Origin: Patescibacteria group bacterium
GTDB taxonomy: Bacteria; Patescibacteriota; UBA1384; XYA2-FULL-43-10
NCBI GenBank assembly: GCA_041674405.1
Contig: JBAYVT010000005.1
Coordinates: 90,001 to 122,000 of the forward strand
Reading direction: 5' to 3'
Length of the DNA stretch: 32,000 nucleotides
Part shown: positions 8,506-14,583 of the stretch, in pieces
How positions within the stretch are numbered: the first letter of the stretch is position 1
Layout: each line of letters opens with the position of its first letter
Notes under the pieces: model-generated
The model's database searches: none
The model's input: the letters and a program-made list of their open reading frames with translations, nothing else
What the model was told of the DNA's origin: nothing
Program-made: the position numbers and the translations under genes

Positions 8506-8583
8506 GTCAGACTTGCATACCTTTGTATATCCGAAACACAATGGATAAGCATTGTGAAGTTGTTTTTAAAGCTACTTTATCCT

Positions 8584-8620
8584 AATAAAAATAATCAGCT
8601 CTAAACTGATTATTTTTTGC
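8584..8620 (-). terminator. Hairpin terminator downstream of rdgB. Member of a repeated intergenic hairpin family.
   Basis: AATAATCAG-ctctaaa-CTGATTATT, flanked by an A-run and a T-run. About 80% identical to 10316-10350. Confidence 0.55.
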
Positions 8621-8685
8621 AGAAAACATTGGAAGATACTGGAGATTGTCTAGCGGTAAAACATTTTTAACGACAATACGGTACT

Positions 8686-9303
8686 TTAAAGACTAAAGTA
8701 CTTGTCAAGTTCCTTGATCGCTGACCTAAAAGCTTTTCCCCTATGATTTATTTCTATTAAATCATTTGGGTCGAACTCAGCATTTGTTTTTTTATAATTA
8801 GCATTTTTTGATAAAAATATGGGTGCGTATCCAAAACTTTTTGTTCCTTTTGGCTCGAGTGCGATGCGACCATCCCACCTTCCTTCGGTTGTCTTAACAA
8901 ATTTGGTTGAAGGATCATATATAGCAACATTGCAGTTATAATGACAACCCCGCATACTCATCGGAATCTCATTCATCTTTGACAGAACTTTTCTGTTATT
9001 TGCCTCGTCTGTTCCTTCTTCCGAATAACGGGACGAGCATATTCCCGGTTCTCCACCAAGAGCATCAATGCAAATTCCACTATCATCAGCAAGCGTAGTC
9101 ATTTGCAAATTGTCGCCAATTACAATTGCTTTAATTAGCGCATTTCCTTCAAAACTTTCTGCATTTTCCTGAACCTTAAGATCAGCAATCTTGTCTTTAT
9201 AATCATAAAGGAATTTCAAGTCATAATTTGAGTTCTTAAAAATCTCCCGAATTTCCCTTGCCTTACCTTGATTCGCAGTGGCGATTAAAATTGTTTTTTT
9301 CAT
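8686..9303 (-). CDS. rdgB: Non-canonical purine NTP pyrophosphatase (RdgB/HAM1 family ITPase).
   Basis: Ham1 motifs: ILIATANQGKAREI, ENAESFEGNALIKA, DDSGICIDALGGEPGICSSRY, SFGYAPIF. Confidence 0.85.
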   Translation of the reverse strand: MKKTILIATANQGKAREIREIFKNSNYDLKFLYDYKDKIADLKVQENAESFEGNALIKAIVIGDNLQMTTLADDSGICIDALGGEPGICSSRYSEEGTDEANNRKVLSKMNEIPMSMRGCHYNCNVAIYDPSTKFVKTTEGRWDGRIALEPKGTKSFGYAPIFLSKNANYKKTNAEFDPNDLIEINHRGKAFRSAIKELDKYFSL

Positions 9304-9375
9304 AAATTATTATTTAGGATATTGTTGGCTAATATAGTATCAGAAACACAAGTTCAATTCCAGCCATTTTTTAAT

Positions 9376-9462
9376 GACAAAATATCCAATCTGTAGGTGG
9401 ATATCTTTGGCAATGTAAATATGCAAAGTTAGAACTTGTTATAATGCCGCATAATCAAAACG
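9376..9462. repeat. Diverged copy of the terminator hairpin plus the last codons of the P-loop kinase gene (partner at 11016-11100).
   Basis: By-eye alignment gives roughly two thirds identity. Shared blocks include ACAAAA, GTGGATAT, TTTGGC and the 11-nt block TTAGAACTTGT. The hairpin ATATCCA/TGGATAT is at 9382-9404. Confidence 0.5.
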
Positions 9463-9511
9463 GCCGCCCCCGAAGAGGCGACCGTCTGATAATACACCGG
9501 AAACGCTCCGG
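9456..9511 (-). terminator. Strong intrinsic terminator after the island-2 lipoprotein gene.
   Basis: On the minus strand: CCGGA-GCGTT-TCCGG (9497-9511). Then ACGGTCGCCTC-TTCG-GGGGGCGGCCGT (9460-9485), an 11-bp stem including two G-U pairs with a UUCG loop, followed by TTTTG. Confidence 0.7.
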
Positions 9512-9520
9512 CGCGACTCA

Positions 9521-10195
9521 CTAGCGAAGGCTGAGGTAGCCTTGCTTCAGTTGCTCGTGAGAGATGGTGATGGTGGCGTACAGCACCCGGTTCTCGTCGA
9601 TCAGGCTTCCGGGATTCTCGAAGTTCCAGGACGGCAGCCAGAGCAAGTTGTCCACGTAGTACTTGAAGCGAACCACAGGGGGGCCTTGCTCGCTGGTCAG
9701 GACCTTCACCCTCTCCATCGGAAGAGAGCTAACGAAGGTTGGCACATCTCCCCCGCTTTGGTTTTGGGGAAGCGACCAGCAGAAGACATAGCTGACTCCT
9801 GGCCGAGACTTTCCCTCGACGCTGCCCTCGACGTAGCCTCCGAGGAAATTGCCTCCCCCGCTTAGGCTTCCACTGAGGTCAGACTTCTGGCCTTTGCTCA
9901 CCAGCGGGTTGAAGACCAGTGGATGGGGCCCGAGCAGATGGTATCTCTCCAACTGCCCAATGTTCCACTTCACCCATCCAGTATCTCTGGCAGACTTCTC
10001 TCTGGCCCGCTTGATGGCAGAGTCATAGAGTTCGAAGTTACCTATCCGTGGGTTAAAGCTTCGTTCCCAGAAGTAGTCGGGCGTGTCGAGCCTGACTTTC
10101 AGCCAAGACTTGTCCGCGGGAGTCAGCCCCTTGGAGCAGCCTACAACTGACACACCTACCAACAGAACCAACAACACGACAGCGATCTTTCGCAT
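9521..10195 (-). CDS. GC-rich putative lipoprotein (island 2), function unknown.
   Basis: MRKIAVVLLVLLVGVSVVGC has a canonical lipobox V-V-G-C. SD GGAAGGGA is upstream and the stop is TAG. Codons are G/C-biased at the third position. 224 aa. Confidence 0.75.
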   Translation of the reverse strand: MRKIAVVLLVLLVGVSVVGCSKGLTPADKSWLKVRLDTPDYFWERSFNPRIGNFELYDSAIKRAREKSARDTGWVKWNIGQLERYHLLGPHPLVFNPLVSKGQKSDLSGSLSGGGNFLGGYVEGSVEGKSRPGVSYVFCWSLPQNQSGGDVPTFVSSLPMERVKVLTSEQGPPVVRFKYYVDNLLWLPSWNFENPGSLIDENRVLYATITISHEQLKQGYLSLR

Positions 10196-10248
10196 CTTGA
10201 TCGTCCCTTCCTGGATATCGGTCTAGATTTGTGTTTCAGAGCTTAAAC

Positions 10249-10277
10249 ACAATAACACAATATTACAAATATGTCAA
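10249..10277 (-). promoter_or_regulatory. Sigma70-like promoter for the island-2 lipoprotein gene.
   Basis: Minus strand reads TTGACA (10272-10277), a 17-nt spacer, then TATTGT (10249-10254). The sequence around the -35 resembles the island-1 promoter (ATTGACA-A/T-ATT). Confidence 0.45.
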
Positions 10278-10315
10278 TTATTAACTTCATTGAAGTTATA
10301 TAAATATAGAACTCA

Positions 10316-10350
10316 ACAAAAAATAACCAGCACTAAACTGATTATTTATT
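10316..10350 (-). terminator. Hairpin terminator downstream of the Nudix gene (same family as 8584-8620).
   Basis: AATAACCAG-cactaaa-CTGATTATT with flanking A and T runs. Confidence 0.55.
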
Positions 10351-10400
10351 GGCAGGATATAGCAACTGAAATCAGAAACTTTTATTTGAGTGCAAATGTT

Positions 10401-10937
10401 CTATATTAGTTTCTTTTCTTTTAAATATCTTAAACCAACGAGACCCGTTGCCATGTCTGTCAGCTCTCCGGAAAGCAAGTGTTTCTCAAATTCATTTAAA
10501 CTTAGTAATACTACTTCGACAAACTCAGTTTTTTCATTTTCTGGTTCTTTCACTTGTTTGCAATTTAGTGCTATAAAATTATGAAGTTCGGTATCCGAAT
10601 AAGCACACTTATAAGCCTTATTAACAAGGTAAAATTCTCCTGTATAACCAGTTTCTTCCAGTAACTCTCTTTTTATCCCATCAACCGGATATTCATTATT
10701 ATCGATGCCTCCACCAGGTAGCTCAAGCAATATTTTCTCGCACCCAGGTCTAAATTGTCTCGCTAGAATTATTTTTTTATCTTCAGTAATCGCCAGCACT
10801 GCAGCAACAGGGCCCTCTTTCTTTATATGATAATTCTCAACTTCTCCATCAGGCATGCGAAAAGTTTTTTTGATAATTTTTCTAAAACCAACCTTAATCG
10901 GCTCTTCCTCTTTTATTTTTTTCCACCTTATACTCAT
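10401..10937 (-). CDS. NUDIX hydrolase (ADP-ribose pyrophosphatase-like).
   Basis: Nudix box GGGIDNNEYPVDGIKRELLEETGY. 178 aa. Confidence 0.85.
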   Translation of the reverse strand: MSIRWKKIKEEEPIKVGFRKIIKKTFRMPDGEVENYHIKKEGPVAAVLAITEDKKIILARQFRPGCEKILLELPGGGIDNNEYPVDGIKRELLEETGYTGEFYLVNKAYKCAYSDTELHNFIALNCKQVKEPENEKTEFVEVVLLSLNEFEKHLLSGELTDMATGLVGLRYLKEKKLI

Positions 10938-11015
10938 TATTCTTTCTCCTTTTTATCATTTACCAATATCACTCTAGCAAATTCACGCCAATTGTTCTAA
11001 CAATGTATTACCTAT

Positions 11016-11050
11016 ACAAAAATAACCACTCATAGAGTGGATATTTTTTG
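11016..11050 (-). terminator. Hairpin terminator downstream of the P-loop kinase gene.
   Basis: AATAACCACT-catag-AGTGGATATT followed by TTTTTTG, with an A-run upstream. Confidence 0.55.
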
Positions 11051-11084
11051 GCGAAGAACAGCGAAAGAAGTTAGAACTTGTAAA

Positions 11085-11723
11085 TTAGTGCCCCGTGATA
11101 ATAATTGATGGAAATGCTGTTTTAAACAGCTCCAAACGCTCTTTGGATTTTTCGATACTTTCGTCGGCGTACTGCTTAATTTTTTTCGATATCTCATTGC
11201 CCTTAATGCCATTCACTTTATAATCCGATAATTGCACCTCTGTTATATGATCCCAAATTGGGAAACTTACTTTCTTATTGATAACATCATCGGAAAATCG
11301 CTTAGAAATACTCTGATAATAAAATCCCCTGTCAAATGGATGAAAATAAACTAGGCAGATTTCATCGGCATGCTTGCCAAGAATTCGTTGCAAAACCGTA
11401 GGATCGGCAATGGCCGAATCTAAAGCGATGTTTGAAACGGCTAGCATATTATCAATAAACCCTTTGGCTGTAGTTTCAAAAGATTCTTGCCATTCCTTTG
11501 GGGCAATCCCGCCATAAACAGTAAAAGCTTCTTTGTCTTTTGCCCCAAATTTATTCCTCACGCTTTCCCGAACGATCAGATCAAATTCAATATGCTTATA
11601 GTTTAGACTTTCTAGCTCCCTGGCAAATGTTGATTTGCCCGTACAGGTTTTGCCACACAGGACAACTATTTGTGGTTTTTCGCAAATTATTCTTTCTTTC
11701 ACTTGATTTGTAGTCAATTTCAT
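11085..11723 (-). CDS. P-loop NTPase, small-molecule or nucleotide kinase-like.
   Basis: Walker A motif VVLCGKTCTGKST near the N-terminus. 212 aa. No other family-defining motif recognised. Confidence 0.6.
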   Translation of the reverse strand: MKLTTNQVKERIICEKPQIVVLCGKTCTGKSTFARELESLNYKHIEFDLIVRESVRNKFGAKDKEAFTVYGGIAPKEWQESFETTAKGFIDNMLAVSNIALDSAIADPTVLQRILGKHADEICLVYFHPFDRGFYYQSISKRFSDDVINKKVSFPIWDHITEVQLSDYKVNGIKGNEISKKIKQYADESIEKSKERLELFKTAFPSIIITGH

Positions 11724-11787
11724 TCTTCTAGTTTAGCACTTTTTTATTTTCTTCTATCAATTGGGTTATATTCCCGAGTGCCATATA

Positions 11788-11812
11788 CAAAAAATCACTA
11801 GTCCCAGACTAG
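11788..11812 (-). terminator. Intrinsic terminator closing the tRNA-rpmG-tRNA-Trp transcription unit.
   Basis: Minus strand: CTAGTC-TGG-GACTAG followed by TGATTTTTTG. Confidence 0.65.
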
Positions 11813-11992
11813 CAATCTTTTGGCATGGGCTAGAGGAGGATCTCACGTCGGCTATTCGCCTCCCTGGATACCCTCGGTTTCCGGCTCCTTCCGACATCGG
11901 GAGACCAAATGTTCTCCCGACCCCACTTTGTTCGACTCCTCTAAAAACCAAAAGCCATCCCGCATAGTCAATCTTTGATTGGCGACGTGGGA
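11813..11992 (-). other. Structured spacer built from tRNA-Trp-derived direct and inverted repeats. Possible ncRNA or integration scar.
   Basis: TGGCATGGGCTAGAGGAG (11821-11838) matches the tRNA-Trp 3' end (11993-12010) at 17/18. GTTCGACTCCTCTA (11930-11943) is a perfect inverted copy of 12003-12016. GCCATCCCGC (11954-11963) is inverted relative to 11987-11996 at 9/10. There is an internal 8-bp hairpin TCGGGAGA/TCTCCCGA. Confidence 0.4.
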
Positions 11993-12066
11993 TGGCAGGG
12001 GCTAGAGGAGTCGAACCTCTGACTAGGGTTTTGGAGACCCCTATTATACCGTTTAACTAAGCCCCT
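11993..12066 (-). tRNA. trnW: tRNA-Trp (anticodon CCA), CCA encoded.
   Basis: AGGGGCTTAGTTAAACGGTATAATAGGGGTCTCCAAAACCCTAGTCAGAGGTTCGACTCCTCTAGCCCCTGCCA. The cloverleaf was checked by hand: acceptor AGGGGCT/AGCCCCT, anticodon loop CTCCAAA, T-arm AGAGG-TTCGACT-CCTCT. Confidence 0.9.
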
Positions 12067-12150
12067 AAATGAGTCGTAAGCCCATAAAGTTGAGAGTCTA
12101 TAAAGTAATTCAACAACTTTATGGACTTTAAAAACTTTACAGACTTTTGA

Positions 12151-12318
12151 CTACTTTGTTTCTTTATGTAACGTTGATTTTTTGCACTTTTTGCAATATT
12201 TTTTAAGCTCGATCCTTTTGATCACATCTTGGCCTTTTAGCCTTTTTTCAGTGTGATGGCCGCGCTCTTTGCAGACTTCACATTCAAGCGTTACAATTGT
12301 TCTTGCATCTTTTGCCAT
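12151..12318 (-). CDS. rpmG: 50S ribosomal protein L33.
   Basis: MAKDARTIVTLECEVCKERGHHTEKRLKGQDVIKRIELKKYCKKCKKSTLHKETK, with CxxC...CxxC zinc-ribbon pairs. SD AAGGAAATT lies before the ATG at 12318. The longer track ORF (to 12438) is a spurious extension. Confidence 0.85.
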   Translation of the reverse strand: MAKDARTIVTLECEVCKERGHHTEKRLKGQDVIKRIELKKYCKKCKKSTLHKETK

Positions 12319-12339
12319 AATTTCCTTTCGAATATTTCG

Positions 12340-12429
12340 ATTGATTTTATTATTGAGGCTCCTCGACAGGCTCGGAGTCATTCGACTCATCTGGTTTACC
12401 ATGAGCGAACAGCTTTGTTGTGAGTCGAA
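12340..12429 (-). repeat. tRNA-trailer repeat, copy 1 (between tRNA-Thr(TGT) and rpmG).
   Basis: Shares these blocks with 12593-12748: TTCGAC after the CCA, CGCTCATGGTAAACCA, ATGAGTCGAATGACTCCGAG, and C-C/T-TGTCGAGGAGCCT. Contains an 11-bp inverted repeat CATTCGACTCA/TGAGTCGAATG. Confidence 0.6.
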
Positions 12430-12504
12430 TGGAGCCACCTGTCGGATTTGGACCGACGACCTACTGTTTACAAAACAGTTGCTCTACCACTGAGCTAAGG
12501 TGGC
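12430..12504 (-). tRNA. trnT: tRNA-Thr (anticodon TGT), CCA encoded, T-loop TCCAAAT.
   Basis: GCCACCTTAGCTCAGTGGTAGAGCAACTGTTTTGTAAACAGTAGGTCGTCGGTCCAAATCCGACAGGTGGCTCCA. All four stems pair. Confidence 0.9.
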
Positions 12505-12505
12505 A

Positions 12506-12592
12506 TGGTGCTGAGAGCAGGATTCGAACCTGCGAAGGCCGGAGGCCGACAGATTTACAGTCTGTTGCGTTTGACCGCTTCGCTATCTCAGC
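12506..12592 (-). tRNA. trnY: tRNA-Tyr (anticodon GTA), long variable arm, CCA encoded.
   Basis: GCTGAGATAGCGAAGCGGTCAAACGCAACAGACTGTAAATCTGTCGGCCTCCGGCCTTCGCAGGTTCGAATCCTGCTCTCAGCACCA. Its 3' end is 1 nt from the 5' end of tRNA-Thr(TGT). Confidence 0.9.
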
Positions 12593-12748
12593 AAGATATT
12601 AATTTGTAGGCTCCTCGACAAGACCCAACGGGTAGCCATTGGCTCCTTCGGCTCGGGTCTCGGAGTCATTCGACTCATATGTTTTACTGTGAGCATGTCG
12701 CTTTATTGAATGGTTTACCATGAGCGAGGAAAGGAATGACGGGTCGAA
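12593..12748 (-). repeat. tRNA-trailer repeat, copy 2 (expanded).
   Basis: Same conserved blocks as 12340-12429. It also has a ~36-nt GC-rich insert (ACCCGAGCCGAAGGAGCCAATGGCTACCCGTTGGGT) with an AGACCC/GGGTCT stem, and an internal diverged duplication GCTCATGGTAAACCA / GCTCACAGTAAAACA. Confidence 0.6.
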
Positions 12749-12829
12749 TGGAGCCGTTGAGCGGACTTATTCCCTCGACCTACTCCTTACCATGCCTGTC
12801 CGCCTCTGGCGGAGAGTTGCCCCCACCGA
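12749..12829 (-). pseudogene. Degenerate tRNA-Thr(GGT)-like copy (probable tRNA pseudogene).
   Basis: The 3' 45 nt align without gaps to tRNA-Thr(GGT). They share ATGGTAAGGA, AGGTC and CGGCTCCA (about 29/45 by eye). The anticodon stem, T-stem and acceptor stem no longer pair. Confidence 0.45.
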
Positions 12830-12905
12830 TGGAGCCGACATCGGGAATCGGACCCGAGACCTCATCCTTACCATGGATGCGCTCTACCAACTGAGCTATA
12901 TCGGC
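12830..12905 (-). tRNA. trnT: tRNA-Thr (anticodon GGT), CCA encoded, T-loop TCCGATT.
   Basis: GCCGATATAGCTCAGTTGGTAGAGCGCATCCATGGTAAGGATGAGGTCTCGGGTCCGATTCCCGATGTCGGCTCCA. Cloverleaf checked by hand. Confidence 0.9.
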
Positions 12906-12995
12906 ATACATCGGCCGGGGTAAATCTACCAAACCCTAAGGGTCCCCTTTGGGGCTGAGCCACAACGGCACAATAAATACAAAAATAACATTGAA

Positions 12996-13024
12996 ATTAT
13001 ACCGCAAAATCCTCTCTTTGGCAA
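12996..13024 (-). promoter_or_regulatory. Strong sigma70-type promoter of the tRNA-rpmG operon.
   Basis: Minus strand: TTGCCA (13019-13024), a 17-nt spacer, then TATAAT (12996-13001). It lies about 90 nt upstream of the first tRNA. Confidence 0.65.
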
Positions 13025-13026
13025 CC

Positions 13027-13779
13027 TTACACTCCCCTGTACGCCTGAGAGTGAGCTCTCTGCTTTTCCTCCGCCTCCATGGCAAGTTTTTTATACTCTA
13101 AATTGTCAATGTCAAGCGACGCAGCACGCTTCAGCGCTTTTGCTGCTTTCGCAAATTGCCTCACTTCCATATAGGCCTTGCCAAGGCCAGCTTGCCATTC
13201 GGCATTATTACGATCGTAATTGACCGCTTTTTGAAAATTTTCTATTGCATCAGTATATTTTTCATCTTTATAATAAATTTCGCCCAAGATCGCGTAAGCA
13301 AATCCGTTATCGGCATTGCATTTAAGCGCGGTTGTGGCAGCTTCTTTTGCCTCTTCATAATTTTGTTTTAATAATGCAACCTTGCCCACAAAAACATATG
13401 CTTGGTCACATTTTTTATCTTTGCCGATCGCATCGATCGCCTTTTCTTCGGCTAATTTAAGGTCGCCTGCCCTAAAGGCATCATCTGATTCATGGAGCAT
13501 TTGCGCAACCTCAGGGTCTTCCACAAAATACGTGGCTTGCGCATCCTCGATTTCTTTTGGTGAGATGATATCACGCTGGCCAGAAATAATTGCTTCTTCA
13601 ATACCTTTTTCAGCCTTCTCGCGCCTTTTTGACAAGATTTTTTTTAAAAAATTCATATTAATTCCTTTTGTCGAGTTATCTTTGGCAATATAAATAGATT
13701 CATTTCCTGTTTTTGAATAATTTCTAAGAACAAGAATTAATACTATGGTAACGCAAATTATTATGCCCAACTCTAACAA
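13027..13779 (-). CDS. Membrane-anchored TPR repeat protein.
   Basis: N-terminal TM (LGIIICVTIVLILVL). TPR-like repeats: AYVFVGKVALLKQNYEEAKEAATTALKCNADN, AYAILGEIYYKDEKYTDAIENFQKAVNYDRNN, AGLGKAYMEVRQFAKAAKALKRAASLD. Confidence 0.7.
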   Translation of the reverse strand: MLELGIIICVTIVLILVLRNYSKTGNESIYIAKDNSTKGINMNFLKKILSKRREKAEKGIEEAIISGQRDIISPKEIEDAQATYFVEDPEVAQMLHESDDAFRAGDLKLAEEKAIDAIGKDKKCDQAYVFVGKVALLKQNYEEAKEAATTALKCNADNGFAYAILGEIYYKDEKYTDAIENFQKAVNYDRNNAEWQAGLGKAYMEVRQFAKAAKALKRAASLDIDNLEYKKLAMEAEEKQRAHSQAYRGV

Positions 13780-14582
13780 CTTACCTCCACAATTCCCCCA
13801 TCCTCATCAAGTTTAACTGAAACACAATTTTTGAAAATATTTTGGCTAATCACCTTCCCTTTACCCTTTGATGTTTTTAATTCATCGCCGATAGCCGGCA
13901 TCTTCGCTTTTATTTTTTTGTATTCTGGTAGTTCATATTTAAGGCAACACATTAGCTTACCACAATTTCCAGTTACTCTATTTGATCCCATTTGTGCCAA
14001 ACTCTGTTCGTAAGCCATGTCTAGTGTCACACTTTCCAAATTGCCTTTAAGAAAACGTTTACAGCAAAGCTGTTGGCCACATCTGCCAACTCCGCCAATA
14101 TGCCTCGCTTCATCCCTGGCACCCACCTGCTGAAGGCGAATGATTTTTTTGAAAGTATGCGCAAGATCAGAAACTAGCATTCGAAAATCTACTCGGCTTG
14201 GTGCAGAAAAATAAAAGGTAAGCTTTTTCTCGTCATACGAAAGGTCAGCATCCAAAAGAACCATTGGCAATTTGAATTTGTCAATTTTGTCTTGGCATTC
14301 AACAATATATGATTTTGCTTCCTTGGAAAGTGCAGTAATTTTCTCTCTATCAGCATCGCTTAATTTCCGTATAAAGATCAGCTCGCCCAGATTATCCTTT
14401 TTTGTCCCGGTCTCATCCCCGGACTCGTTTTCCAAACTAATTTCCGAAGGAATAATAAATCCTAGTTCCGTGCACTGGTCAGACTCGACCAATATATTGT
14501 CGCCAATTTTTAGTTTATGTGCTCCGGCATCTACTTGATAGAACTGCCCGTCGCTTTTAAGCTTAACCGAATATTTTGCCAT
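13773..14582 (-). CDS. ricT: PSP1 domain protein (RicT/YaaT family).
   Basis: LTFYFSAPSRVDFRMLVSDLAHTFKKIIRLQQVGARDEARHIGGVGRCGQQLCC and GKLMCCLKYE cysteine clusters. Lies directly downstream of holB, as in Bacillus. Confidence 0.8.
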   Translation of the reverse strand: MAKYSVKLKSDGQFYQVDAGAHKLKIGDNILVESDQCTELGFIIPSEISLENESGDETGTKKDNLGELIFIRKLSDADREKITALSKEAKSYIVECQDKIDKFKLPMVLLDADLSYDEKKLTFYFSAPSRVDFRMLVSDLAHTFKKIIRLQQVGARDEARHIGGVGRCGQQLCCKRFLKGNLESVTLDMAYEQSLAQMGSNRVTGNCGKLMCCLKYELPEYKKIKAKMPAIGDELKTSKGKGKVISQNIFKNCVSVKLDEDGGIVEVSC

Positions 14583-14583
14583 T

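Noticed and set aside
9542-10150. Plus-strand ORFs 9542-9865 and 9923-10150 inside island 2.
   Set aside because: They are antisense to the well-supported lipoprotein CDS, have no start context, and their composition is typical of antisense GC-rich frames.
7735-10280. GC-rich islands as a simple assembly chimera or contamination.
   Set aside because: Each island is only about 0.65-0.8 kb and is flanked on both sides by contiguous AT-rich native sequence. Their promoters lie in AT-rich DNA. Chimerism cannot be fully excluded without reads, so it is listed as the refutation test rather than the preferred explanation.
7735-11100. Integron, IS or transposon annotation for the islands and hairpin repeats.
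   Set aside because: No integrase or transposase ORF, terminal inverted repeats or target-site duplications could be identified at the island boundaries.
11813-11992. SRP (4.5S) RNA, tmRNA, 6S or RNase P RNA assignment for the structured spacer after tRNA-Trp.
   Set aside because: GGAAGGAGCC superficially resembles the SRP helix-8 sequence, and the ends resemble a tRNA-like domain. However, I could not build the conserved helix-8 loops, a T-arm, or the RNase P CR-I/CR-V motifs. Left unassigned.
12319-12438. N-terminal extension of the rpmG ORF to 95 aa.
   Set aside because: L33 is about 55 aa. The extension reads through the tRNA-trailer repeat and into tRNA-Thr. A good SD precedes the internal ATG at 12318.
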